A DNA stretch of 62,794 nt from Candidatus Undinarchaeales archaeon (GTDB lineage Archaea > SpSt-1190 > JASMDC01), in the NCBI GenBank assembly GCA_030753015.1, contig JASMDC010000022.1, positions 1 to 62,794 of the forward strand, written 5' to 3'. Positions 19,725 to 29,390 of this stretch are shown here, one piece after another (position 1 is the first letter of the stretch; the number at the start of each line of letters is the position of its first letter). The notes beneath the pieces were generated by a model. It was not told where the DNA came from. It saw only the letters and a list, made by a program, of their open reading frames with translations, and searched no databases. Both the position numbers and the translations under genes were made by a program.

Positions 19725-20576
19725 ATGCTCCCAAATCTTCAGCACTACACCGTTGCGCAGAGCGTTCGCGAGGCCGTGCTCCTCCTCACAAGAAACGAGG
19801 GGGCGCGCATCATCGCCGGAGGGACCGTCATTGCACGGTCCTCAAGTCCGAGGATCACCCAGCTCGTCGACATCACCAAGGCGGGCATGGACTATATCGC
19901 GGAGGACGATACAGGAGTGCGCATCGGTGCAACCGTCACCTTCTCCGCGGCCCGGGAGAGCCCCATCCTGCGGAAGGTAGGATCGGGCATCATTGCACAG
20001 GCGGCCGATCATTTCTCTTCGGCGATCGTACGTAACATGGCTACCATCGGCGGTGACATGCTCTCACCGTACAACTGGGCCGACATACCGCCCATCCTCC
20101 TCGTCCTCGACGCCAAACTGCGTTTCATGGGTGCGCGAGAGCTCATCGTGCCTGTCGAACGGTACACTGAGATGCGCAAGGAGCTGGGGCTCGACTTCAT
20201 GCTCCTCACAGACATTATCATCGAGCGAGAACCGGCCGACCGGTGTGGCGTGTTCCTCAAGTTCGGGCGCACGAAGTCGGACATAGGTATCGTCACCATC
20301 GCGGCCACAGCGAACGTCGAGGGCAAGAAGCTCTCCACTGTCCGCCTAGCCGTTGCGGGGGTGACGAGCCAGGCCATTCGGCTTCCGTCAGCGGAAGCTG
20401 CAGCCGAGGGAAAGGCGGTATCGGATGATGTGCTAGTGGCGGCCGCGACGGCTGCCCTCCAGGACGTCACTCCGGCCTCCGACGTCCGCGCCACCAGCGA
20501 GTACCGCGCAGAACTGCTCCAAGTAGCGGTGAAGCGAGCGCTCGCGCAGCTCGCGTCTCAGGAGGGTTCGTCATGA
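19725..20576 (+). CDS. Xanthine dehydrogenase family FAD-binding subunit (YgfM/CoxM-like)
   Basis: IAGGT, RNMATIGG and DVRATSEYR motifs. Confidence 0.92.
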   Translation: MLPNLQHYTVAQSVREAVLLLTRNEGARIIAGGTVIARSSSPRITQLVDITKAGMDYIAEDDTGVRIGATVTFSAARESPILRKVGSGIIAQAADHFSSAIVRNMATIGGDMLSPYNWADIPPILLVLDAKLRFMGARELIVPVERYTEMRKELGLDFMLLTDIIIEREPADRCGVFLKFGRTKSDIGIVTIAATANVEGKKLSTVRLAVAGVTSQAIRLPSAEAAAEGKAVSDDVLVAAATAALQDVTPASDVRATSEYRAELLQVAVKRALAQLASQEGSS

Positions 20577-21034
20577 GGATGATAGCGACCATCAACGGGG
20601 AAAAGATCGCCTTCGAAGCGGAGGCGCACGAGATGCTCCTCGACGTGCTCCGCAGGGAGGGCTACAAAGGCGTCAAGCGCGGATGCAACACCGGTGACTG
20701 TGGTGCCTGTGCCATCATCATCGACGGCGTCGTCGTCAACTCGTGCATCGTGTTCGCTGCCAGCGTCCAAGGCAAGGAGATCATCACTATCGAGGGCATC
20801 GGGACACCGGACGATCCTCACCCCCTCCAGACGGCCTTCGACGAAGAGGGTGCCATCCAGTGCGGTTTCTGCACCCCGGCCTCCATCATCACGGCGTACG
20901 CGCTCCTCAAGCGCAATCCTAATCCAACCGAGGAGGAGATCCGGGACGCCCTGTCCGGGAACCTCTGCCGCTGCGGCACCTATACCAAGCAGATCAATGC
21001 GATCCAACGGGTCGCCAAGCAGGGAGGTGACTAG
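20573..21034 (+). CDS. Xanthine dehydrogenase family (2Fe-2S)-binding subunit
   Basis: GCNTGDCGAC, QCGFC and NLCRCG motifs. Confidence 0.95.
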   Translation: MRMIATINGEKIAFEAEAHEMLLDVLRREGYKGVKRGCNTGDCGACAIIIDGVVVNSCIVFAASVQGKEIITIEGIGTPDDPHPLQTAFDEEGAIQCGFCTPASIITAYALLKRNPNPTEEEIRDALSGNLCRCGTYTKQINAIQRVAKQGGD

Positions 21035-21035
21035 C

Positions 21036-23408
21036 ATGGCAGGCATCTTCCCCGGGGCCACCTCAAACGAGACCGCTATCACAGCGGACGCGAACGACCA
21101 CGGTTTCAAGGTCGTCGGTAAGCGCACGCGCAAGGTGGACGGGCTCGGCCTGGCAACGGGCAAGGCACTGTTCGTGGACGACTGGCCCGTGGAGCGGCCT
21201 CTGGTGGGCCGCATCCTCACAAGCCCCCTCGCCCATGCGAGGATCAAGAGCATCGACACGTCCGCTGCCGAGAAGTTACCCGGCGTGGCGTGCGTGCTGA
21301 CGCACAAGGACGTACCGCGCACACCGCACACCACCGCTGGCCAGGGCTATCCCGAGCCGTCGCCCTACGACACCTACGTGCTCGACACCAAGGTGCGGTT
21401 CGTGGGCGACCGGGTGGCATTCGTTGCTGCCGAGACGGCCGAGATCGCCCAGAAGGCGCTAAAGCTCATCAAGGTCGTTTACGAGGAGCTCCCGGCTATC
21501 CTGGACCACGAGACGGCCATGGACGAGGGACAGCCCGTCATCCATGATGAGGAGGACGCCTCGGGCATCCCCGACGCATCCCGCAACATGGCTGCCGAGG
21601 TGGGTATCGAGGTTGGCGATGTGGAGAATGGCCTCAAGGCGGCCGACAAGGTGTTTGAGGGGACCTGGCGCACCCATTACGCCCAGCACACACCCATCGA
21701 GCCCCACATCTCGATGGCGTACATCGACGAGAACAACCGCATCATCATCGTCACCGCCACCCAGGTGCCGTTCCACGTGCGCCGAATCGTCGGGATGATC
21801 TTTGATATCCCCCTCAAGCGCATCAGGGTCATCAAGCCCCGCATCGGCGGCGGATTCGGTACCAAGCAGGAGATGCTCTTGGAGGACGTCGTTGTCGCCC
21901 TGACGCTCAAGACCGGGCGCCCGGTGAAGGTGGAGTACTCGCGCAAGGAGGAGTTCATATCGTCGCGCACCCGCCACCCCATGACCGTGAAGTTGAGGGC
22001 CGGTGTGAAGAAGGACGGGACGATCACTGCGATCGACATGTACGCGTTGTCCAACACCGGCGCCTACGGCTCCCACGCGCTCACCGTGCTCTCGAACACG
22101 GGCTCCAAGACCCTCCCGCTGTACAAGTGCGAGAACGTGCGGTTCAAGGGACACGCGGTCTACACCAACATGCCCGTGGGCGGTGCGTACCGCGGGTACG
22201 GGGCCACGCAGGGGTATTTCGCCCTTGAGTCGCTCATCGACGAGATGGCCGAGTGGTGCGGCAAGGATCCGCTCGAGTTCCGTCAGATGAACCACATCGA
22301 GGAGGGGGGAACGTCCCCGATCTTCAAGAAGCTCGGCGAGGGCCGCGAGGGCATGGAGCAGAACGTCGAGTCCTCGTCGCTGCCCGAGTGCATCGAGCAG
22401 GGCGCTGCTGCCATCGGCTGGGCTGCCAAGCGGGCCGCTGGCAAGCAGGGCGTCAAGAAGCGCGGCGTGGGGATGTGCATCCTCATGCAGGGCTCGGGTA
22501 TCGCCGGTATCGATATGGGAGCGGCCGCCCTGAAGATGAACGAGGACGGATCGTTCAACCTCTTCATCGGCGCTACGGACATAGGTACAGGCTCGGACAC
22601 CATCCTAGCACAGCTCGCGGCCGAGCGGCTGGGCGTGGAGCTGGAGGACATCCAGGTGCTCAGCTCAGACACGGACCTCACGCCCTTCGACGTGGGGGCG
22701 TACGCCTCGTCGACGACATACATCTCCGGAGGTGCGGTCGTAAAGTGTGCCGACAAGATGAGGGGTAAGATCCTTGAGGTCGCGGGCGACATGCTCGGGG
22801 AGGATCCTCAGACGCTCGACATCGTGGACAAAAAGGTCGTATCGCCGTCGGGCAAGTCCCTCACCCTGGGGGAGGTCGGCCTGCACGCGTGGTTCTATGC
22901 CGAGGACAAGAAGCAGCTGGTCGCAGGAGCCTCGCACGTCTCCATGACCTCGCCGCCACCGTTCACGGCACACTTCGCCGAGGTGGAGGTGGACACCGAG
23001 ACCGGGAAGGTGGAGGTGGTCGATTACGCGGCCGCCACCGACTGCGGTACACCGCTGAATCCCAACCTCGCCGAGGGCCAGGTGGAAGGGTGCATCATGA
23101 ACGGGCTGTCGTTCGCGCTGACCGAAGAGTACGTCTTCAGCAGCAAGGGCGCCATGCTCAATCCGAACTTCTTCGACTACAAGATCTGGACGACGGTGGA
23201 CCAGCCGCCGCTCAAGATCATCCTGTGCCCAACGTACGAGCCGACAGGCCCGTGTGGGGCGAAGTCGGTAGGGGAGATCGGTATCAACGGGCCCATGCCA
23301 GCGATCGCCAACGCCATCTACAACGCGTGCGGGATCAGGCTGTACGAGACGCCGTTCACTCCCGACCGGGTGCTCGCGGCACTGAAGGCGAAAGCGGAAG
23401 AGGAGTAG
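21036..23408 (+). CDS. Xanthine dehydrogenase family molybdopterin-binding subunit (XdhD/YgfN-like)
   Basis: TTAGQGYPEPSPYD, GGGFGTKQ, AYRGYG, ASSTT and AKSVGE motifs; GGAGGTGA RBS. Confidence 0.95.
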   Translation: MAGIFPGATSNETAITADANDHGFKVVGKRTRKVDGLGLATGKALFVDDWPVERPLVGRILTSPLAHARIKSIDTSAAEKLPGVACVLTHKDVPRTPHTTAGQGYPEPSPYDTYVLDTKVRFVGDRVAFVAAETAEIAQKALKLIKVVYEELPAILDHETAMDEGQPVIHDEEDASGIPDASRNMAAEVGIEVGDVENGLKAADKVFEGTWRTHYAQHTPIEPHISMAYIDENNRIIIVTATQVPFHVRRIVGMIFDIPLKRIRVIKPRIGGGFGTKQEMLLEDVVVALTLKTGRPVKVEYSRKEEFISSRTRHPMTVKLRAGVKKDGTITAIDMYALSNTGAYGSHALTVLSNTGSKTLPLYKCENVRFKGHAVYTNMPVGGAYRGYGATQGYFALESLIDEMAEWCGKDPLEFRQMNHIEEGGTSPIFKKLGEGREGMEQNVESSSLPECIEQGAAAIGWAAKRAAGKQGVKKRGVGMCILMQGSGIAGIDMGAAALKMNEDGSFNLFIGATDIGTGSDTILAQLAAERLGVELEDIQVLSSDTDLTPFDVGAYASSTTYISGGAVVKCADKMRGKILEVAGDMLGEDPQTLDIVDKKVVSPSGKSLTLGEVGLHAWFYAEDKKQLVAGASHVSMTSPPPFTAHFAEVEVDTETGKVEVVDYAAATDCGTPLNPNLAEGQVEGCIMNGLSFALTEEYVFSSKGAMLNPNFFDYKIWTTVDQPPLKIILCPTYEPTGPCGAKSVGEIGINGPMPAIANAIYNACGIRLYETPFTPDRVLAALKAKAEEE

Positions 23409-23488
23409 GGAGGACACACCGGGCGTCTCATGAGGGGCGCCCGGGAAAAGCCCATTCATTTTTATGCCAGCCACACCATGGTAAGTAC

Positions 23489-24076
23489 ATGATCGAGCTC
23501 CCGTGGTATCTGGAGAACCATCGCGCGTTCCTCGTCCCGCCCCTGGTGCTCGCGCTCCTAATCGCCACCATCGTCCTTGGTGACCTGCTGGGGCCCGGTA
23601 TCAAGGAACAGGCCGAGACGGCTCTTGCTAACAAGCCCCTCGGCCTCATGCTCGCCATTTCAACAGGTCTCTCGGTCTGGGCACTGGCAGAGTACGGCCA
23701 TTTAGCAGCTGTCGTCAAGGAGCTGGGCCCACGGGTGGTCGATGTCGAGCTCGTCGCCTACCTGCGTAGCGCCACCGTCCGCGTCACCACCCTGGACGGC
23801 CGGTCGTTCACCATGCTCTACGACGCCAGCTACAAGGGCATCGGCTACCATTATGCGGTTTGGGTGGCGACTGAAGCGAAGGTATCTCCCGCAGAAAGGG
23901 AGAAGGCAACAGAGGGCATCCGCCACCTGTACGACCTGAGAGTGCTGACCCCTGAGGACGGCAAGCCGCGCCGGATGTCCGCCAGGATCTCCGATGATGG
24001 TAACTTCACGGTCTCGGACGATGTGACACAGAACGTGGTCAAGGCCATAGATATGCTGTATGAGCTGACGCGGTGA
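23489..24076 (+). CDS. Two-TM hypothetical membrane protein
   Basis: TTTTAT box ~30 nt upstream; two TMs followed by a soluble domain. Confidence 0.6.
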   Translation: MIELPWYLENHRAFLVPPLVLALLIATIVLGDLLGPGIKEQAETALANKPLGLMLAISTGLSVWALAEYGHLAAVVKELGPRVVDVELVAYLRSATVRVTTLDGRSFTMLYDASYKGIGYHYAVWVATEAKVSPAEREKATEGIRHLYDLRVLTPEDGKPRRMSARISDDGNFTVSDDVTQNVVKAIDMLYELTR

Positions 24077-24104
24077 CGTCCAGGATCCACATTGAACGAG
24101 CAAA

Positions 24105-24695
24105 TCACTTTATACAGACGATACCGGGTTCGTCGTTCGAGTCAGAGCCGCGGGTGAGGGCCACGGGTTCGGACCCCCCTGCGGGTGACCAGTGAGCGGA
24201 CATGATCTCGCTATCTTCATTGAAATCGACGCGCAGCCACACCCGAGGGATTGAAGAAGAAACCGGTGGTCTCGCTTCGAAGAGCATGGTCCCGGTAGTG
24301 GACCTTCTCGAAGCCCACGCAGTCGGTCCTCATATAGGTCGATGGATTGAGTATGCCCATGGCGTACAGCGCGGCGCCCCCGATGACATGATGACCAAGA
24401 GCCAGCCATAGCTCATCAGGAACTCAAGTGTCGCTTGTGCGTGCTGCTTGACCACCCACAACCCACTTACCTTCTTTTCATGGCCCGTACGGACATCGAC
24501 CTATCCCACAGTGTACAGCGCGACCGCTGCCATGACCACGACCAGGACGAGCCAACCGTAGCACAGGAGGAAGTCGAGAGCGGTCTGGGCCTTCCTCGAC
24601 CGGGCGAAGCGGTGGAGAGGCCCCTTCCACCATGTCCCGGGTGTAACGGGGGACACGGGATCCTGTCGCTGGACCATGGAATAGAAGGAGGTCAT
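24105..24695 (-). pseudogene. Disrupted tandem archaeal pilin-like (class III signal peptide) gene(s)
   Basis: RKAQTALDFLLCYGW...ALYTVG followed by TAG, then in the same frame HAQATLEFLMSYGW; a frameshift near 24388 precedes AALYAMGILNP. Confidence 0.7.
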
Positions 24696-24869
24696 GCCAC
24701 TTCGACCTCCCGCACCCTATCTGTACGTCTACATGCTCGCGACGCCATTGATCTCACGTTCCAGCAGTATCTCTTCCTCTCCTCTAGATCGATGTACGTC
24801 CCTATATAAAACACTTGCTTGTAACCACCATGAAACGGTTGCGCAACTGTCTTCGGAAAGCGTCCGAGT

Positions 24870-25199
24870 CTAGCGTTTTATGTCTGCGGGACCTAGATAC
24901 TTGTACAGATCCCCTGCTGCGGCCCCAATAATACTCAGGGTGAGCACCGGACCTGCTATGAGCTGGACTGGCAACGATAGCTCAACGCCCAGGAGGAATG
25001 AGAGCGCTCCGATGGGGATGAAGAACAGGAACTCGGCGGTGCCGAAGAGCAGCATGGGCATGCCGGTGCACTCATCGAAACCTCCGTCCACAGCCTGAGG
25101 ATGACATGTGGCCAGCAGGCTGGTAAGTGAGAAGGCGAAGCCGAGCAGCACTCCCAAGGCGAGGCCCTTCCTTGTCGGTGACCAGCGTTCCCACGACAT
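24870..25199 (-). CDS. Small membrane protein
   Basis: Three hydrophobic segments; GAAGG RBS-like motif. Confidence 0.55.
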   Translation of the reverse strand: MSWERWSPTRKGLALGVLLGFAFSLTSLLATCHPQAVDGGFDECTGMPMLLFGTAEFLFFIPIGALSFLLGVELSLPVQLIAGPVLTLSIIGAAAGDLYKYLGPADIKR

Positions 25200-25234
25200 G
25201 GATACCTTCCCGTTGTATGAAGGACGTCCATGTT

Positions 25235-26212
25235 TTAATTATCTGCGCACGTCGTGCAGGGCCCTTCCCCGTCACTCCTGTGCTGTAACCGCCGGACGAC
25301 CACCCACACGCCCAGCAGGAGCACGGCCACGGCGGTGAGGTTGCCCACCACGTCGTTAACGAGCTCGATGTTCGCACCGAAGATGTAGCCGAGACCCGCC
25401 ATTTCCACGGCCCACACAGCCTCGCCCCCCAGTACGTAAGGGATGAACCGGCTGTACGCGCATCCGTACATGCCCGCGAGGAGGTTGACGGGAATGATGA
25501 GGGGTGTGAAGATGAACCGACTGGTAAAGACGAGCGAGGGCCGGCAGCCGGAGAACGATACACGCTCGGTCTCGATGGCCTTGGCGAGGAAACCGGGTAG
25601 CCGATCGTCGGAGCTCCCCACCTTGGTACCGATGAGATAAAGGATCGTGTCACCGAAGGAGGATCCCAGAGCCGCGATGACCATCACGACATAGAGGTTG
25701 GCGAATCCCCGGGCTGCAAATGCACCGGCCGCGATCACTAGCAGGGAGGAGGGTGCAGGTATGCCTGCTGAAGCGAGCACGACGCCGACAGCGAGGACGG
25801 GGTAGGTGTTGGTGACCAGGCGTGAAAGCAACGCGTCAGATATACCCTTTCCCTCCTCGAGCATAGGTGGCGGAGCGGGAGCGGCCCTGCAGCTGTCGAA
25901 AGCCCTATCGAGGTAGGTGACGAACACACGACGGTCAGTGATGCGGCGGGCTGCTAACACATCCCGGATCTTGGTGGTATCGCATGCGCTCACCGGGACC
26001 TCCAGAGCTATGCACACGCACGCTGTGTCCGTCTCGGTCAGAGATGCGGCATAGGGGACGGACATCCAGCCCCTCAGAGAGGCGACAGTTGCCTCACCGT
26101 ACACAGCCCTCTCCATCAGGGCACGGTAGGCCACCAACGAACGGATACCAAAGAACGCCAGCAGGACCATCATTACGACCAGCCCTGCCCGGAGCGCTTG
26201 TCGCCGTTCCAT
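25235..26212 (-). CDS. DedA/VTT-family membrane protein with N-terminal extracellular extension
   Basis: GIPAPSS, GD..LY.IG, SRF and AG...Y.RF motifs. Confidence 0.85.
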   Translation of the reverse strand: MERRQALRAGLVVMMVLLAFFGIRSLVAYRALMERAVYGEATVASLRGWMSVPYAASLTETDTACVCIALEVPVSACDTTKIRDVLAARRITDRRVFVTYLDRAFDSCRAAPAPPPMLEEGKGISDALLSRLVTNTYPVLAVGVVLASAGIPAPSSLLVIAAGAFAARGFANLYVVMVIAALGSSFGDTILYLIGTKVGSSDDRLPGFLAKAIETERVSFSGCRPSLVFTSRFIFTPLIIPVNLLAGMYGCAYSRFIPYVLGGEAVWAVEMAGLGYIFGANIELVNDVVGNLTAVAVLLLGVWVVVRRLQHRSDGEGPCTTCADN

Positions 26213-26472
26213 AGCCCTTACCAGCTTAGTGCGAGGAACGTAATCATATATAGCACATTGGGCAGGGCCGACCCAAGAGAACGTTTATATACGGAATATC
26301 GCTTGCGAAGTTCTTGTTCCAAACCCCCGTTCCCCTTTTTCTCCTTCTTCCCATGTCAGCGTGAAGAGTGATGGTGAGGTATAACCTACCAGTGGCAGCC
26401 ATGGTCAAGTATAAGAACGGTCCACCCCGCTAGGGGGCCCCAACCAATCTGGAAGAACGGGAAACGGAGGGT

Positions 26473-27417
26473 ATGGCGATGGATGCGGACGGATACGTCT
26501 TTGATACAGAAGCCGAGAATGTGGATTACCACTCTTACGGCGACCTCACCGATATCCTCGGTTATTATGTCGAGCACTACGGGGACCAGATGAACGTACG
26601 TTCTATCGGCACGACCGAGGAGGGACGCAATATCCCTTCTATCGAGCTCCATACCAAGGGCAAACCGGTGAAAGGTCACATCATCATCGCCGGCGGTCAC
26701 CATGGGACCGAGCCCGCGGGCACCGAGTCGAGCCTGGAGCTCATGGACAAGCTACTCACGTCCGAGACCGAGAAAGGGAAGTACCTGCTGGAAAATTACC
26801 AGATAGACATCATCCCCGCGATGAACGCGGACATGTACGCCCGGCCCTTCCATCCAAAGCTCACCGACCCCATGAGCGCAAAGCACTACCCGGAGTACCG
26901 CCAGTACGACAATGCGACTGGTGACGCTACCAATCATTACTACAAGGGTCAGATGCGGGACCCGTTCTTCGGCTACGTGGTCAACGACGATCCTGCAAAG
27001 GAGACCTATGCGGTCGCTGATTACGTCAAGGAGATCGCCAAGGACAACGACATCCTTCTCACCCTCGACCTCCACGAGACGCCGGGGATGGACGGCTTCC
27101 TTGTCATCCGCGAGAACCAGAAGGAAAAGCTCGGCGGACGTATCGTCCAGCGCATGCACCAAAAAGGCTACCCCCTCCTGAGTGCCTTTGAGCGGACCGA
27201 GCAGGGCGTGCTCCATGACGGGCTCCTGGAGGCGGGCGAACCCTACTCGGACACCTACCACATGGTGTTCTCAGGTTACTGTGCCCGTCATGACGCCAAG
27301 CACAACCTCACCTTTGAGACGCCGAGCCAGATAGCGCTCAAGCACCGGGTCAATATGAACCTCATCGCTGCTGAGCAGGCCATCGACGACGCCGTGTTCA
27401 AGGAAATGCTGCAATAG
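26473..27417 (+). CDS. M14 zinc carboxypeptidase family protein
   Basis: IGTTEEGR, GHHGTE, IIPAMNAD, LDLHE and TFETP motifs. Confidence 0.85.
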   Translation: MAMDADGYVFDTEAENVDYHSYGDLTDILGYYVEHYGDQMNVRSIGTTEEGRNIPSIELHTKGKPVKGHIIIAGGHHGTEPAGTESSLELMDKLLTSETEKGKYLLENYQIDIIPAMNADMYARPFHPKLTDPMSAKHYPEYRQYDNATGDATNHYYKGQMRDPFFGYVVNDDPAKETYAVADYVKEIAKDNDILLTLDLHETPGMDGFLVIRENQKEKLGGRIVQRMHQKGYPLLSAFERTEQGVLHDGLLEAGEPYSDTYHMVFSGYCARHDAKHNLTFETPSQIALKHRVNMNLIAAEQAIDDAVFKEMLQ

Positions 27418-27456
27418 CTTGCCTGTGAAACTGGTTTCACTCGCGATGAGGCGACA

Positions 27457-28137
27457 TCAGCCGAGCAGGTAGCCTTGGATGTACTCGGGAACGTCCGTGC
27501 TGTAGTCGGCCTTTACCTGGACATCGCCGAGGTCACGCTCCTTGTCCGAGATGACGCAGATTCCCAGGCCGTCTCCCTCGCTCACCCTGTCGAAGGCGTA
27601 CCTGTCCGTAACACCGTCCCCCAGGTAGATGACGTCCTTCATGTCCACGTGCTCTTCGTCAGCGATGCGGTCGAGGAACTCGGGCTTCAATGTAGGCTCG
27701 AGGGCGTACGCTATCCCCGTGGGTGTGTCGTTGGTGCTGTAGTTCAGCCGTGTACCGTAGATGCCATCCATCTCGTCGGCGAACGAGAGATTGTCCGCGA
27801 CGTCCTTCAGGCCGGTGGAGACCAGGTAAAAAGAGAACTCGATGTCGTGCTCGGCACCCCACTCACGCATACGTGAGAAGAAGCTTTCCACACCGTCATA
27901 GAGGTCGAGCCGACCACCCAACTCCGCGAGGTAGCCTCGATCGAGCTCGATACGCTCGTCCTCGAGAAGGGGATTGACGTAGTTCTGGGTGAAGGTGTCG
28001 GGCGACTCCTTATCGTTCTTCTTGACCTTTGTCCAGTACTCGCTTGAGGGTACACCGAAGTCGTTGAGGATGGGCCCCTCCATGCTCTCCACGGTAAGTG
28101 TCTTGTCCACGTCCGCGACGATCACGACCTTCCTCAG
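27457..28137 (-). CDS. HAD-superfamily hydrolase
   Basis: DVDKTL motif I, STG, K, and YLGDGVTD motif IV. Probable CTG start after a GGGGTGA RBS (the ORF track uses 28125). Confidence 0.85.
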   Translation of the reverse strand: MRKVVIVADVDKTLTVESMEGPILNDFGVPSSEYWTKVKKNDKESPDTFTQNYVNPLLEDERIELDRGYLAELGGRLDLYDGVESFFSRMREWGAEHDIEFSFYLVSTGLKDVADNLSFADEMDGIYGTRLNYSTNDTPTGIAYALEPTLKPEFLDRIADEEHVDMKDVIYLGDGVTDRYAFDRVSEGDGLGICVISDKERDLGDVQVKADYSTDVPEYIQGYLLG

Positions 28138-28237
28138 TCAGTTCACCCCATCCCCGCGACAGCATTCACTGACGCGGCGGATGTCAAGGATGACGCCCCG
28201 GGCCCGTTATATACGTTTCCTTTCAATGAGCGGAAGG

Positions 28238-28780
28238 TCACACCGGGAGATCCTCGCGTTCATCGCGGAGCTCCCTGATACGATGCCTGAGCTCGTCCAC
28301 AGGGTCCGCCAGGTAACGTCCGACGGCGAGCAGCGTGACGACCGTGGTGTCCTTGTCCAGTTTCAGGGCGGCATGGACCTTATTACGGTCGAAACCCGTC
28401 AGCGGCTCGAGCACGATACCAAGGTCCGTCCCCCTCATGATCATGAAGCCGGTGGCAATACCAACATCAAAGAAGTGCCATGAGGCCTCCTCGGGGACAC
28501 ACCCCTTCCTCTTCGATGCGAGCACGGCCACGAACATGGACGCAGTGCTGGCCCAGACGAGATTCTCTTCCAGCGCGTCCCGCACGAGCTCGAGCGATCG
28601 TTCCCCGTACACGAACTCGAACCGCCAACTCTCTTGGCTGAAGCACGAGGGCGCCATCTGGGCGCTCGCCACGAGGTTCTGCACGAGCTCCTCTCTCACG
28701 ACCAGCGGCTGCAATGGCCGGCAGGCGTGGGTGTCGCAGAACGTGTTCCCTTTCTTCTTCGATGACTTCTTCTTCACCAT
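28238..28780 (-). CDS. Nitroreductase family protein
   Basis: APSCFSQESW.F, DVGIA and GFD motifs. Confidence 0.85.
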   Translation of the reverse strand: MVKKKSSKKKGNTFCDTHACRPLQPLVVREELVQNLVASAQMAPSCFSQESWRFEFVYGERSLELVRDALEENLVWASTASMFVAVLASKRKGCVPEEASWHFFDVGIATGFMIMRGTDLGIVLEPLTGFDRNKVHAALKLDKDTTVVTLLAVGRYLADPVDELRHRIRELRDEREDLPV

Positions 28781-28795
28781 TCTAAGTCCCCCCAC

Positions 28796-29317
28796 TCAGC
28801 TCTGCATCCGGAAGTCGTCCACTTGGGCAAAGATGCCATCGAGCAGGTCGTAATGAGTGCGCTCGAAGGCCGCCAGCAAGGCGAAGAATCCGGCGATCTC
28901 GGTGTCGTTGGCGAACCGGTGCGCCAGCTCTCGGTACAGGTCCTCTGCCTGACGTTCCACACGCATGGCGCCTAGGAGCAGCTGTATCTGCTCGGCCGTC
29001 GGCTCGACCTCCCCACTGACCTTCACCATCACTTCCTCAACCTTCCGCTTGAAGGCGGCCTGGGCATCGTCGGGCACTGCGGACGAATCCTGTGTCTTAC
29101 CGAACGACTTGAGGTGGTCGACGTGGGACAGCTCTTCAGATGCGAGGAACTCCAGAAGGTCCACCAGATGCTTGTTCGTCACCCTCTCCTGCAGTGCCTG
29201 ATAGAACGTGCGGGTCCTGTTCTCGAAGTCGATGGCGATGGCCACCGCGTCGCTTACGTGCGAGATGTCCTTTTCTCGGGCAAGGAGGTCGTCGACCATA
29301 GGTCCTGTTATGACCAT
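28796..29317 (-). CDS. Ferritin/rubrerythrin-like diiron protein
   Basis: Duplicated E...FY...EExH pattern (EELSH, ERTH). Confidence 0.85.
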   Translation of the reverse strand: MVITGPMVDDLLAREKDISHVSDAVAIAIDFENRTRTFYQALQERVTNKHLVDLLEFLASEELSHVDHLKSFGKTQDSSAVPDDAQAAFKRKVEEVMVKVSGEVEPTAEQIQLLLGAMRVERQAEDLYRELAHRFANDTEIAGFFALLAAFERTHYDLLDGIFAQVDDFRMQS

Positions 29318-29390
29318 CTAAATAAAAAGAGTGCGGCCGGGTCGTGATGGCGAGGAAAGGTTTATCAAAGCCCCGTCGCCTGCCCCTTGA

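Noticed and set aside
24501-24503. Pyrrolysine or amber recoding
   Set aside because: Many intact genes here terminate at TAG, no pyl genes are present, and the locus has additional frameshifts.
26360-26470. Fluoride riboswitch or leader peptide upstream of the M14 peptidase
   Set aside because: Only a GATGG resemblance; the pseudoknot partner and conserved 3' motif are missing.
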